From the NCBI GenBank assembly GCA_051362555.1, contig CM120649.1:5084001-5148000 (forward strand): 64,000 nt of DNA. The letters are read 5' to 3'. Numbering within the stretch: position 1 is the stretch's first letter; each line of letters begins with the position of its first letter. This DNA comes from Lingula anatina (Eukaryota > Animalia > Brachiopoda). Below are positions 12,082-26,152 of this stretch, in pieces. Made by a program: the position numbers and the translations under genes. The notes under the pieces were generated by a model, which had not been told where the DNA came from, made no database searches, and saw only the letters and a list, made by a program, of their open reading frames with translations.

Positions 12082-15005
12082 ATGGTTGAATTAATGGATA
12101 TCTCCCCGACCACTTCGATGCTGTTGGTTTTCGTCATCACATTCCTCGTGGTTTGGCTGTGGAGAAGAAAAGAGAAGGTAGGATGTTTAATGAAGAGGAA
12201 ACAGTTTATTGTCCAATGGTAGTAACTTCTTTCATCAGTTATTACACATTGAGCTCGAGAGGGAGAGAGAGAGAGGATGGGTAGATGGAGTAAGGGAGAG
12301 AAAATTCCATGTGTCTGTGGTTAATGGTATTGATACAGAAAAAGTTGTGGTGCTTCACGCGAAATTAAAAAAGATATTTCGAGTAAATCTTTGCAACCAA
12401 CACCCTATTGCTTTATGTGGCTAGGTGGTTCAAGCTATTTTCCGCATATGTGTATGCTGTGAATATCCGCAGAAAAGAACACGACATAGTCTGTATATGG
12501 TTCTCTACTCGAACCGTAGTTTAAATAGATTTATATTTATTTTCAAGCCGAGAGGAAACCTTCCACCCAACGAATGGTTCCCCTTCAGTGAGTTCTTAGG
12601 TGTTTTTGCGGAGCTGGATGTATTTTTAAAGAATGTGCCGAAGAGCAAATCTCTGTCATATTTCTGCAATAAATTTACGGGAGATAAAGTCTTCATATTT
12701 AACAGCCATGAGCTCATCCACAAAGCTTTCGTCAAGAAAGGGCATTTATTCCTTGGAAGACCAGGTCCTTTTTTATGGGAGGAATGGGCTACACGGAATG
12801 GTAAGTTGTAAAGCGTGGAGGACAAAAGTTTGGAATATTGATTTTTTTGTTTACTTTGAATCAAAGGACCAAAGATTTAAGTATTTGCTAACCTTCACAC
12901 TTCTTGATGTTGCTATTTTGGATTTAACCAAAAAGGACTCGGCCCTCCATTCCTAGAACTAAATTTAAAATTCTTGTTATATAAGTACCTGCTTTGGAAA
13001 TAAACTTGAGTCATTAAGTTGATCTTTTCTCAAAGACTAGGATTCTTGTCTGTTTTGTCTCAAATATTAGATATTTTATTCTTGTTTTATAGCACAAAGA
13101 GGCTATGTTTATAATCATACGTTAAAAATTGAATTTATAATCATACTTAAAGAAAGGTCGTTTGCACATGATGACATAGTGCAATATGTCATTTTAGTGC
13201 AATGAACACTCACGTGCCCCAAAGGCATAGACGCCGTAGCCACATGTAGTTATTTGTATGCACCAAACGATAAGTAGATTATTCAGCCCAAACTGTGAAC
13301 AAATTCTCTTTCCTGTCTCACAAAGGTGTGGTCCATGGCATCGCCAATGCTACAGGTGATCTGTGGAAACAACAGCGGAGATTTTCCCTGATGACTTTAC
13401 GTGACTTTGGACTGGGGAAGACCTCCATCGCGGAGACGATCCAAGATGAGATAGGATATCTTCTTGACGAGTTCCAGAAATATGACGGCAAGGCCGTAGA
13501 TCCGCAGTATCTTTTGATGCCTGCCATATCAAACGTTACCATCTCCCTTGTGTTTGGAGATAGGTGAGAGTCACAAACCATATCCAGCTTTGCATTCATG
13601 TAAACCATATTACTAATTCTATGGATGAGGCCTCTTGAGTTTCATGGTTGGAGATATGTTGGTATTTTAGCAATGTACTGATATAGTTGTGTTAATTCCT
13701 TAAATATATAGGAAGTAAAATTGTGTAGAATACACTAGTTATTTTTATATTACTATTTTAGAGCAATGAAGGTTGAGTGTATATACAAACAATTCATTGT
13801 CCTGTTGGCAAAAGATTTATTTACATTTGTTGATATTATTAATAAGATGGGCCTAAAATGTACAGCTGAATTTAATTTTCACTTTTTTCAGATTTCAATT
13901 CGATGATCCAAAATTCCAACAGATTCTGAAGAACATTGGAGAACAGTTTAGATATATAATGTATATAACGTTCATAACACTATTTCATACAAATAATATC
14001 ATACCTTCAGTTTTATCAACATTAGACATCTACAATGTCAAAACTAACTGTTTGTCATTCTTCAAGTAGACAGTAGCAACAAGTTGCTCTAAATTTTCTT
14101 GTAATTGTCTTGTTACACAAACCAGGAGTATTTTTTAAAACTCTGCTGGTGGTTTCACTAAAGAACTCAAGACCGAACTTTGCCTTAAGTTTAAAACAAA
14201 ATTTTAGTCTGCTTCAATTCATGACATGTGAGTAGTCCACTTCAGTCCACTTTTGATATTTTAAATTCTTGCTTTTTTATGAAACTGACCTGTGTTCTAG
14301 ATAGAGAACTAGGTCGCAGGTCTGTGTAACCTATTTTTTGTCCCGTCTTCCTTGGTGACAGACTTATTTTACCATATTTCAGGCGGGCACAAGTTACACT
14401 CACGTATCCGATTTTGAAGTACGTTCCTGGAGACCCATTTAAAGTCCACTACTCTCTTAAATGCCTGGGAATTACACGAAAATTCCTCCAAGAGAGAATC
14501 CAGAAACATATGGCAGAATACGACCCGGATAACATACAGTGTTTCACGGATGCCTACATCAAGGTTTTAAAGGCTGAGAAAGACAAAGAGGGAACGTATT
14601 TTACTGGTAGGGAAATGATATTCTGTTTTTAATCTGTCATTTACGTAAATGTGGTTTCAGCTTTAAAACCGAACAAGGCAGCCTCTTGTTATGTTTTTAT
14701 ATGTACAAAAGTGTCTACTTGATTGAAGTTAATTGTCACAATATTCAATCACCAGTCTTCGCATGTAAGCTAATAATTTTGGCTGCAAAACGTATGTCAC
14801 GATTTTTAAAGTCCAAGACGTTTCTCCTATTATTTGTTTCAGAATTCCAATTGTTGACGATATTAGAAGAGTTGTTTACAGCTGGAACGGACACCACGGT
14901 GACCACTCTCAGATGGGGACTGCTCTTATTGATTCTGAATCCAGACGTGCAGGAGAAGGTGGCTGTAACACTATTTTACATCTAGATCCATATGTACTAA
15001 AAGCT

Positions 15006-15064
<59 letters not shown>

Positions 15065-16419
15065 TGATTATTTGTCCGTGCCGTCGCCGATGCCCTCGCT
15101 ATCCAAACTTTATCTCACTTCCAACCCGTATTTTTGTTTTACTTTACATATTATGGGTTTCATTTTTGTTTTGCATGCAAACTTTTAAAATACATTTATT
15201 AAACCTTTTTCTGTTATGAAGGTTCACGATGAACTTGACAGTGTGATAGGTTCCCGCCGTGTCTCCATGGAAGACCGTGCCTCCTTGCCCTATACGGAGG
15301 CCACACTGCTGGAGATACAGCGCCTTGGGTGTGTCGTTCCAATGGCGGGACACAGTAACACGGAGGATGTAGAGATGATGGTATTGGAATATTATATAAT
15401 TATGAGGTCCTGGATTTTTCTTTCTTTCGTCGTCGTATTTTATTTTATTTTATTATTTTTTTTAATTAATTTATTTATTTATTTTTTTACACATAATGGC
15501 TTAGAAGTGCTCTTCTCCATAATGATGGTCTTTTTGTGTGAAATTAAATTTCTATTTTCACATTTTGCATTATTTTGAAGGCAAAAATGCCTTAACTTGA
15601 TTTACGTGTTGAAAATATAATGACATTTTATACATGTCAAGTGCCTTTTTTTCAGGGATATACCATCCCCGCAGGTTCAAACATAACGGCAAATTTTCTA
15701 CGTGTCTTTCATGATGAGTCATTTTGGAACAACCCAAACAAGTTTGATCCAACAAGGTTTCTGGACGAGAGTGGGAAGTTGGGGAAAATTCCAGATTGCT
15801 TGACACCATTCTCTCTTGGTAGGTCTACCATTTGATTCAGCATGTTTATAACGGCGCCGGTGTAACGAAACTGAGGGTCCGTGTAACCTTAAGTCCGCCC
15901 CCCGTTTAGTTATAATGGTTAAGGTTAGCCTAACTGACCTAAGGGAGGCTTACCTGTACAAACGAAGGGGAAGCGGACTCTCGATCATAGGAACTCGCTC
16001 TCACGTTACAACGGCATCAAAACACATTAGTCCAGCACATGTAAGGGCTACCTGCTATTAAGACTAGCGCAGATGCATACGTGAGCAGTCATTCTTGTTT
16101 ACTGCAGATATAAATGTATTCCATAAGCAAGTACGGGATAACTGGTAGGCGTGGGGTCATTTTTCCAACATAAACGTGCGGAAACTCGTGAAATTGCATA
16201 ACAAGTTCTCTTCAGATTTTATTCATTTTCCTTGCAGGCGGTCGTGTGTGTCTCGGAGAGTCCCTTGCAAAGATGGAACTGTTCCTGTTCTTCACCAACT
16301 TGCTTCAGCAGTTCTCGTTTAAAATACCCGCCGGGGAAGAGAAACCGAGCCTCAAGGCTCGTATTGCCCTCTTGCGATATCCACTTCCTTTTAAGGTTGA
16401 AGTGCACAAAAGGCATTAA
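12082..16419 (+). CDS. Cytochrome P450 clan 2 (CYP2-like) gene C, 499 aa, close tandem paralog of B
   Basis: Exons 12082-12177, 12548-12800, 13326-13563, 13892-13960, 14383-14606, 14843-14958, 15222-15380, 15656-15818, 16238-16419. Same exon sizes and motifs as B; introns and flanks are alignable. Confidence 0.93.
15008..15062. repeat. (TA)n microsatellite
   Basis: Direct reading; a second (TA)n lies at ~53920-53975. Confidence 0.95.
15861..16010. mobile_element. Short TGT...ACA non-autonomous element (Ginger-like) in CYP intron 8
   Basis: CCGG|TGTAACG...CGTTACA|ACGG. Decayed relatives lie in the same intron of gene A (~728-942) and gene B (~8345-8480). Confidence 0.5.
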
Positions 16420-17959
16420 ACTTCCACGTCTTCTTCAGTGAATGACACAATGCATGGCATTGATGTAACTCTCAAAAGACAAATGCAGAAACTAAATGTT
16501 AATGCTTATGGTGAAACAAAGTTTTGACTGATATTTTAGATCATTAGTAATCGATATCTCCATTCTTGTAATTTGTCAAATTAATTTAAGCTTCGTCTTC
16601 ACTTTTAAGTACATAGACTATATAGCATTTATTTTTTAATGTGACGTGTGAATATATATAAATATGTATGTCACCCGGCCAAATGGGCCTACAAGTCATC
16701 GAACATTGCACATTTATCAAAAACATGAAATTAAGGTTATAAGTTATAACAAGATCAAACCCGGTTAGATATATGGCATAACACTAAATCTCAGTAGTAA
16801 TAGATGGTATATCTTGTGCAAATTTATGTTTTCAGCAGGGTGGTTCAATATAGAATAGGTCACGAAGTGTGACAATGACTTTTCACTGATTACAAAAGCT
16901 GTTCGAGAATTATTATGAGAATACAGAATACCTTTATAAATCTTACCTCTTCTTTTTGTAGCTTTTCGCCCTATCTACCGGCACATTGCATGGTAAAGTT
17001 GTTGTTGCGTTTTTTTTAATAGTTCATTTTCACATTGATTCTCATAAACTTATTCCAATATTAGGTTTACTTCATTTTCTTACTGAGTCTCTCGGTAATC
17101 TGCAAGGTTACTGGCTACAGGACATATCTAAAAAGGTGTTTGTTTTTTATTTGAATAGTGGCAGTGAAGAAAGAATTGGAAAATGTAAATTTATTTTCCA
17201 TTTGAAACAATTTCTTAACCCAGTCTCCTCCCACTGACATTATAAAATCTCACTACGAAACGAGTCCACGGTGGAAGTGGAATTTTTAGGAGTAGGAGTA
17301 AAAGAAGACATCTTGAACATTGCAGGCAACATGTAACAGAAGTATACGCATTTTCAAAACGTTGGTCCAGGGAAAGGTGGGCAGGCGCAGAAACGTATTC
17401 AAGCTGAATTGTGAATTAGAGGCCTACTGAGTTCAGCGCGGGAACTATAAAAAGGATGTTGTACTGGGGATAGATGCCTGAACTTTCCCATTATTTCAAC
17501 TGTTGAATACTTTAAGCACTATCCAATATAGAAAGAAATTAACAGTAATTAGAAAATTATCTGAAACAGTTGAGCAAACATAATAAAAATCTTTGTTATA
17601 GCACATTAAAAAAATAGGTTGAGGGCTTCCAATATTTTACAATATAGTGTCAATGTGATATGGTTAGCTATGATATAAAACAAAATGCTTGTGACACTGA
17701 CGTGGTATTTAAAAGTGAACATTTAAAAATGTTCACTTTTTTTCATGGGGTTATCCCCTCTAAGGCAACACAGAAATCTATAGGAACTCCTTTTTGCCAA
17801 AAACTACACTTGACATGAACTCCCTAGAGGCCTCTATGGTCCGGACAATTTATCAACGGTCTATCGACTCTCGGGGAGCAGTGCTCTCTCTCCTGTCGCG
17901 TCTATCTTTGGCCGGGTGACATACATATTTATATATATTCACATACACATTAAAAAAAA

Positions 17960-18468
17960 TAATTTTTTTTAAGATCATTGAGAACTTTTACTGATAGCGT
18001 GCCTATTTTAGTCAATTTTTACAGGTGTGTAATTGAAAGCATTCTAGCGTACGGAATTATAATATGGTATAGCGGAACAGCTGGGGAGGAAAGGAAGAAA
18101 TTAACAAACGTTGTAAAAACTGCAAGCAGGATTATTGTGCACGATCTCCCCAAGCTGGATGATATTTTTAAAGACAGGGTGGAGAAAAGAATTGTCAACA
18201 CCATGAAAGACTCTTTCCATCCTGCAACATCTCTTTTTACTTTTTTACCAAGCAACAGTAGACTTTTAACTTTTAAAGGCAGTAAACGCTTTTTAAACAG
18301 CTTTTATCCAAGTGCAGTGACGCATTTTAATTTGATCTCAAAACTAAATTCATAATTTATTTATTTATTGTATTATTTTATTATTTTACTCTGTATATTG
18401 CTCCAAAAGGAAAATGATTTCCGATTTTTATAATTGGCTAAATAAACTCTTATCTTATCTTATCTTAT
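17960..18468 (+). mobile_element. 5'-truncated non-LTR retrotransposon (Rex1/Babar-type ORF2 C-terminus)
   Basis: ORF 17978-18355 FYRCVIESIL..IIIWYSG..VVKTASRII..LP.L.DIF..HP...LF..LPS..R..NSFYP is typical of the post-RT region of Rex/Babar LINEs; followed by AATAAA and a (TCTTA)n tail at 18441-18468. Confidence 0.85.
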
Positions 18469-19427
18469 GCCGAACTGTGCCCTCGAACGATAATCCTATT
18501 CAGATCCAAATTCTTCTAGTTTTTATTTGCATAATTCGATCTCAATTTGTGGTGTCGGTGGTGAGGATCACACACACGTTATGCATGCTGTGCTTTTTTT
18601 TAAAAAATGAGCTTATTTTCCGTAACCAACGCAAGATCCTGTCCTTATTTTTTCTGTCTCGTACTATGTATAATATCCATTTTATGCTGGTTTTAAGTTA
18701 TAACAGCTGGTTTTGGGGTGTCTCAAGGCAGTTGGGACAGGTGAGTCGACAAAACCAATCACTGTATCCAGTAACTTAACAGTTTTTGTTTTAACAGTTA
18801 ACAGTTTTAACATGTATAGAGTCTGTTTAGGCCCCAGGTTTTATATGCGCCATACGTATTTCAGCCACTCTATATATGCTAGAGAGACAAACTAAATTGT
18901 GGCATTATTCACATTCAAAATTCTCGCATTCTCTCATATTCTCGGAATATATTTAGAGAAAACTCAATCTGTGACCGCGGGAAGAGGGCAGATTTCAGGG
19001 GGTTGTGCAATACAGCAGGTTATATCCACAGCCACGAACTTTTCTATCGGCGCCAAATTCCTAAAGGCAGTGTTTACATATTCATTGTTATCATGGCCGG
19101 GTGAATGTTAAATCTACAAATAAACTTGACCTTAGATGTCACGCGAGCCTTGAACGCAGTCAAATATTGTACAGGCTAGCTTATATACAGCTGGGTATTG
19201 CACAAGACAGCCGCATCAGGTTGGTATAAATACAATATTTCATGTTGTTATGACACCAAATCCACTGAGGTGTACATATATGTATATATATATACATGTG
19301 TGCTACTTACTAGTATGTCTACTTGATGGTCTGTCAGTTAGGCTGCATTAGTGAGATAATTTCTATGCGAAAGTGATAGATCGGTTCATTGTGCTGCTAC
19401 TACATATAGGTCTGACTAGGTCAGTGC

Positions 19428-19600
19428 GGGGCCGTAGCGATAGTCCGAAGGTTCAATAGTCCGAAGGTTCATTGGTCCGAATGTTCACTATAGAACCTTC
19501 GGGCCAATGAACCTTTGATTAAAAAATCGATGAAAACGTTACCACTTTTCGGACCAATGAACCTTCGGACCAATGAACCTTCGGACTATCGAGACGCCCC
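19428..19600. mobile_element. MITE with 15-bp subterminal repeats, possibly Mutator-like
   Basis: GGGG..CGATAGTCCGAAGGTTCA / TGAACCTTCGGACTATCG..CCCC; imperfect 9-bp flanks GGTCAGTGC / CGTCAGGGC. Confidence 0.7.
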
Positions 19601-19759
19601 CGTCAGGGCTATATCTCGCCGCAAAAGCAGATTTCGCTATGTATCACATCACAGATGTTACCCCCATCGTCAATATTCCCTCCAAGTTCAGTCATCGCGT
19701 CCTAGTTATTATCGATTCGTTAGTTTCAGTGACACAACCAAAGGTGCTTATAAGTGATG

Positions 19760-19873
19760 GATACAATAAGAGTTGCCGAGCTGTGCGTGAAATATTACGA
19801 GTGTATTATAGAGCCGCAGGGGAGACAAAACACGAGTAATTTTCACGTACAGCTCGGCGACGAGTGTTGTATC
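19760..19873. repeat. Imperfect long palindrome (possible Crypton-type non-autonomous element end)
   Basis: GATACAA..TGCCGAGCTGTGCGTGAAATATTAC pairs with GTAATTTTCACGTACAGCTCGGCG..TTGTATC. Family assignment is a guess. Confidence 0.45.
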
Positions 19874-20397
19874 TGGCTATAACCACAGCCTCTAATTGGC
19901 TACTACATTAGTGAGTAACGGGAGTGCACTCGTACATGACGTGCTTGTAGGTCGAATACAGCACGGCCGAGTCTTTTTTCTACGTGCTACCCGTGGTTTA
20001 AGAAGTAAGAGAGGGAGAGACTTCGTTCTGTTTGAGTAGAACAGCCTGGAAGCGACAAGAGAATGGACTTTGACTTAGAAGGCATTATTAGCATTGTTTG
20101 AATATAAACAAACGGTGAAAAGATAAGCTGCTTGCGAATTGTGTGAGGTATTTTGCAGGGAGTGTTTCATATTTCCTATGGTAGCCTGCCCTAAATGGGA
20201 TAAAAATATTTGTTTTAAACTGGTAATTTCACCTTTTACAATATCATAAAATCGTGATTGAGCAGATATGGGAGGACTAATGTGTGGGTTTTTGACACAT
20301 TTCAGGTAAGTTTTTCTAATATTTAAATTTTTTTAATATTTAAAATTTTTCTAATATTTTCATATTTAAAATGTTATTTCTATAAACATTTTTACAG

Positions 20398-20530
20398 ATG
20401 ATGGGCCTAATGGACATCTCCCAAACCACCTCGGTGCTGCTCGTGTTCATCATCACGTTCCTCGTGGTGTGGTTGTGGAGAAGGAAAGAGAAGGTAGGGT
20501 GTTAACCGAAGAGTAAGCAACATACTCCAT

Positions 20531-20568
<38 letters not shown>

Positions 20569-23500
20569 GTTGAACACAAACTTTTTTTGGGGGGGGAGAT
20601 GAAAATATAAGTCTCTTTTTTCGCTTCCTTTATGCATTACATCTATAAATAATTCATTTGAAAGCTTAACATTTTGAAGAGGAGAAGGTATGATGTATTT
20701 TTTAGTTGAAACATACTCACACACATCTTTATTTTGTTATATTTTTTCATTAAGAAGCCAAAAGGAAACCTCCCTCCACGGCAGCCCTGGTTCCCTTTTG
20801 TCGAACTCCTCAGTTTATTCATGGACTTTGATGATTTTTCAAAGAAGATGCGAAATGTTAACCCTATCTTTAGGATGGGCAATGGATTCGCATGGAATGA
20901 TAACGTGTTTCTAAACACCTATGAGCTCATTCACGAAGTTTTCATCAAGAAAGGACACTTATTCACCGGACGACCAACCCCATATTTGTGGAAAGAATGG
21001 TCCACACACAACGGTGAGTTGAATGTGTAGAAAACGAATGTAAGGGGGTCAGCATTCCAGTATGAAAGTACGTTGAGTATATTGATAATTCTGACATTCT
21101 GTCTCTTTTACACACAGCACACCTTACTTGATATTAGCCCGGAGTGGTCTGACCACGTGTCTTCACTTTCTTAGTGCTAAACGTGGCCATGAAATATATA
21201 GCAGTGCTGATCTTACATTTTCCCTTTGCTAAGATTTTGGTGTGGAAGGCTCGCCAAATGTTTTTGATGTAGTCACATTAAATTGCATAATCTGAGTTCT
21301 TCCAACTTAGTTATTGCAATTTACCAAGTTTCATTCAAATACGATGGGATGTTCGATACGTGAAATGTTAGTCTTGATATTCTTTTTTAAAATACGCTTC
21401 GTTTGTTTTCATTTGTATGCATATGTGATGGTTGACTGGTAGTTTAGATAATATTTGTAGGGTTTATCGTATTATACTTCGCAAGCCCATGCTCTGTGAG
21501 CTATTTAATGGATTTTACTATCCATTATTCATTCCAATATGAGTATTTAAATGTTGTACAAATACTCAGTAGATTGCCTGACAGAATTGGCCCTAAGTAT
21601 GAGCAAACCCGTTATTTTAACCCCCACAGGTGTGACTTACGGTATCGCCAGCTCTTCGGGTGATCTGTGGAAACAACAGCGGAGATTTGCCCTGATGACT
21701 TTACGTGACTTTGGCCTGGGGAAACGCTCCATCACGGAGAGGATCCAGGATGAGATAGGATATCTTCTGGACGAGTTCCAGAAATATGAAGGCAAGGCCG
21801 TAGATCCGCAGTACCTTTTGATGCCTGCCATATCCAATGTTACCAATTCCATCGTGTTTGGGGATAGGTAAGCCATATATATGTGTTCATAACGAGTGAA
21901 TGGTAAGAGTATAAGCACGCACACACTCGCAGAAACACGCAAGCTCGCACACACACATGTCGATGTCACGTAATTTGGAGACTGTGAAAGCAAAGTCCAC
22001 AGTTTCAGAAATTGATTGTCCTCATCAAAATACAGCGCCCCCACCCCCACCCCCCACCCCACTCCCAAACATGACAGGGATTCCGCGTAATAGAGTTCCC
22101 CGGATTCACTATTTCACGGATTTCTGTCGCGTGACACCGGACTCTACGTCACGTATTTCAAAGAATTCATAACATAAACATAATTGGTATAATATTGCTA
22201 GACATTTTAGAATAGGGCCTACATATTCAGTGATAATTGCGATCTGTTACAGACATGTTAAAAGTAAGAATCCAAATTACCAAAGTAGTTCAGTTAATGT
22301 GATAAAAATATCTGGAAAAAAATTTAAAAAATATGTAATTAAAACATTGAATTTTCACATGGTTTTCAGATTTCAATATGATGATCCAAAGTTCCAGCAG
22401 GCCATGAAGAATATGAAGGAGCAATTTAAGTATAACATGTAAACGATGTTCTTACCGTATACAAATTATTTCTTCAGTTTTAACAACATATGTCTATTAT
22501 TTGTGACACATAAAATAATGTATAAAGTCTTGTAGCATCCAGTTGCCCTCTTTTCTCCTCCACCTAAAATATTCTGGCAAATCATGCAGGCTTAAGATTT
22601 TGTTACTCTACACCTGTCGGCAACGCATACAGTTTCTTGCTATTCATATTATTTACATTCCAATAACATATTAAACACAAAAGAGCTTTATACGAAAATT
22701 TGTCTTACGTGTAGCTTTACATTTTTGGCTACTTTATAGTTTATTAGTTCGGGACGGGTTTTAGCTATAGGTGTTAAAATATTGTTCGCCTTAAACATAA
22801 GCAGTTGTTTCGAGTCCATACAATTTTTCAATATTTCAAATGTTCCACAAATAATGATACATCTCGGTTAAAATTTTGGTCCAAATTTTAGATTATATTT
22901 ATGCCTAAATTTTCATCTCAAATGTTGAGACACCAGTCTGTGCAGTGACCTAGATAAGGGTCAAGGTCATATGTCTTCATCCGTCTGTGTAGCGTAATGT
23001 ACCTAGCAGTCTTCGTGAAATACTGATGTTATGTATGACTTTACTTTTTAGGTTGGCACAACATGCTCTCACGTATCCGTTTTTGAAATACATTCCTGGA
23101 GACCCATTTAAATTCCACTACTCTATCAAATGCTTGGGAATTCAGCAGAAATTCCTCCAAGAAAGAATCCAGAAACATATGGCAGAATATGACCCGGACA
23201 ACATACAGTGCTTCACGGATGCCTACATCAAGGCTTTGAAGGCTGAGAAAGACAAAGAGGGGACGTATTTCACTGGTAGGAAAAAGAAGAAAGGGAATAA
23301 TATCTCCTATCGTGTCCCATTTAAAAATAAAGTAAAAATGTCCACTTGATAGCCTTCAGATTGCCCAAAGTTTCCAGATGTCCATGAATTTACAAATTTG
23401 GCTAAGCATCCAGTTTTGCCTGAAACCATACAAACAAGGTCTATCACTGTACAATGGGAGAGACATTGGGCCGCTACAGTCATCTACTTTTCATTTTTTG

Positions 23501-25854
23501 ATTTATTGCAGACCTTCAGATGTTGACAGCGATAGAAGAGCTCTTCGTTGCTGGCACAGACACCACCTCGGCCACTCTTAAATGGGGGCTGCTCTTGCTG
23601 ATTCTACATCCCGACTTGCAGAAGAAGGTTGTGGCATTTTATTATTTTATAAAAATAAATAAAGGAAGTAACAGTCCTGACAATTATTGCCTATGTGATT
23701 ATCTTTGACTGATTTTACGTCTGCTTATTTCTATTTAATCATTGATGTCTTTTTACCTCTTACGTTTCTCAATGTAATCTTTGACAGCCTTTTTAGTATT
23801 TATGGACCTTATTACACTTTTCTGTTCTGAAGGTCCACGATGAACTTGACAGTGTGATAGGTTCCCGCCGTGTCTCCATGGATGACCGTGCCTCCTTGCC
23901 CTATACGGAGGCCACACTGCTGGAGATACAGCGCTTTGGGTGTGTCATTCCCATGGCGGGACACAGTAACAGTGAAGATGTTGAAATTATGGTATTGAAA
24001 TATTACATTTAATACAATTTGCCTAAAAACGGTACTATAGTTCTAAAAGCACACGATGAGTGCTAGATCTTCATATAGCAAGATATCAATCTTCCCAGAG
24101 AGTCTTATACTATCCTCCTAATAAATTACCAAGGTATGTTCATAACAGTTGACACAATTACACTTCATAAAACCCGTTTTTGAGGTTTAAGTTTCTGGAT
24201 TTAGAGTCACTCTCGTATACGTAGTGGAGAGAGAGAATGTTAAATATTTATCCTGGCGGTTGAACATTAGAAATTCAAAACCTCGTACACGAATTTGCAT
24301 AAATCGTAATATTTCAACAATACTGGATAAGGCATGCCATTGTGGAAGGGAGGCACTTGCTGGTGTTTCCAGGAAATTCTCTTTGCTATGGCAAATTAAG
24401 GTTTAAAACACATTGAATGTTTTAAACAAATGGTTCCATACAACCACTCCATTATAATTGGTACATAATTATGACACATTTTATGTCACCAAATTATTAC
24501 CTGTGTAAATACTGGGTAAATACTTAGAAATAAGAAGAATGTGTAGGCCTCTCTAACTATTACAGAGCGTCTACAACGAACTAAAGTTATGAAAGCAGCT
24601 TAAATTACATGCATGGTAATTCAGTTGGTTCATTGAAGGAAGTTGGGGGAGTAAAAACTTGCTTGTATACTTAATATATATATTTCATACTTTAACCTCT
24701 CTCTCTCTCTCTTTTTTCAGGGTTATACCATTCCTGCAGGGTCCAACGTTACCGCGAATTTCATGGGTGTCTTTTTTGATGAGGAATATTGGAAGAACCC
24801 AAATGAATTTGATCCAGCAAGATTTCTGGACGACAGCGGAAAATTAGGGAAAATTCCAGATTGCCTGACACCATTTTCTCTTGGTAGGTGTAGTCTATCA
24901 TTTGATTCAAAATGTTTATATAATAACGCAACTAAATATATTCTGAAGACATTTATAGTACCATATCTTTCCGCCAGTAGAAGATCCTAACATATCTCCA
25001 CCTTAATTTTACATGGTATTTGAAAGTGGTTGCTATGTGTTCTGTACGTTGCGTATCTCATATTCGTCTCTCATTGAATAAGATGAACCTAAAAATTAAA
25101 GCGACACATGCGCAAGCAGTAATGCTGTCATCCTGACATCGCATAAAACGCACGTCAGTAGAAAATTTTCAGCTATGAGGGTCAGAATGAAGAATAACAT
25201 CACAGAATGCAATTCTATTTATATTTGCGCAGTGGCAACCCTACATATCTTAACTCACCTTAATCACGAGAATTTCCTAAATCAATCTTGCTGCCAAAAA
25301 TGTAGAGACGGGTGATAACTTACAAAAGGCCGTTGTGGCCACGTGTCTTATAAATTAACACAGAAAACTCACTAACAGCTTAGAAAAGAGATTTACTCCG
25401 CTCCGAGTTAGCTCTGTTATACAAGGTCAGCTAGTACATGTCCGCCAGTCAGAGCAAGTTATACAATGAACAGTTTTACCTATAAGTTGCCAATCAGAGT
25501 AGATCATGCAACGTTACAAGAAGAGATTCAAACTTGCACACCGGACTGTACTTTACTGATAGAGACATCTACCGGTAGCAATACAAAACAATCTCAACAA
25601 ACACGGTACATCGTCACACTATCTTCTCAAATGATTTTTGTTTTATATTTAATTTATTTGTTTTTCTTTCAGGCCGCCGTGTTTGCCTCGGGGAGTCCCT
25701 GGCAAAGATGGAGCTGTTCCTGTTTTTCAGCAGCTTGCTTCAGCAATTCTCGTTTAAAATACCCGCCGGGGAAGAGAAACCGAGCCTGAAGACCACTTGG
25801 ACACTCGTGCGGTCTCCAGCCCCCTTTAAGGTTGAAGTGCACAGAAGGCGCTGA
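20398..25854 (+). CDS. Cytochrome P450 clan 2 (CYP2-like) gene D, ~500 aa
   Basis: Exons 20398-20493, 20758-21013 (AAGAAG tandem acceptor, alternative start 20755), 21630-21867, 22370-22438, 23052-23275, 23512-23627, 23833-23991, 24721-24883, 25673-25854. AGTDTT, EIQR, DPARF, FSLGRRVCLG. Confidence 0.93.
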
Positions 25855-25928
25855 ATATCCCTGTGCTCTTCATCAAAAAATAAATATATTATATTAATTC
25901 GATTCAAATCTACAAAGACAGAGAATTA

Positions 25929-26152
25929 GGCTTCGCTCACATGAAAAATCTATTTTCTAAAAATCTATTTTCTATTCGCAGTATCTTGTGATCACGGTCT
26001 GTGCCCTGAATACCCCGCGGCGTAATTACTGGCAGCGCGGGCCAGTTACTTCCAAAGCTGTAATTAATACTTGGCTGCGCTCGGAGTGATCACAAGATAC
26101 CGCGAATAGAAAATAGATTTTTAGAAAATAGATTTTTCATGTGAACGGAGTC
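25929..26152. mobile_element. MITE with ~65-bp near-perfect TIRs downstream of the CYP D stop
   Basis: TA|GGCTTCGCTCACATGAAAAATCTATTTTCTAAAAATCTATTTTCTATTCGC... is mirrored at 26086-26152|TA; absent at the paralogous sites ~35950 and ~43235. Confidence 0.85.

Larger units (their letters stand above)
1909..17540 (+). repeat. ~8 kb tandem segmental duplication carrying CYP genes B and C
   Basis: Upstream blocks ~2175-3485 and ~10033-11255 align, as do downstream blocks ~8860-9990 and ~16420-17535; unit boundary near 9998. Boundaries approximate. Confidence 0.85.

Noticed and set aside
36-25789. Many recurring antisense and off-frame ORFs over CYP exons
   Set aside because: They recur only because the exons are duplicated; no independent coding signal.
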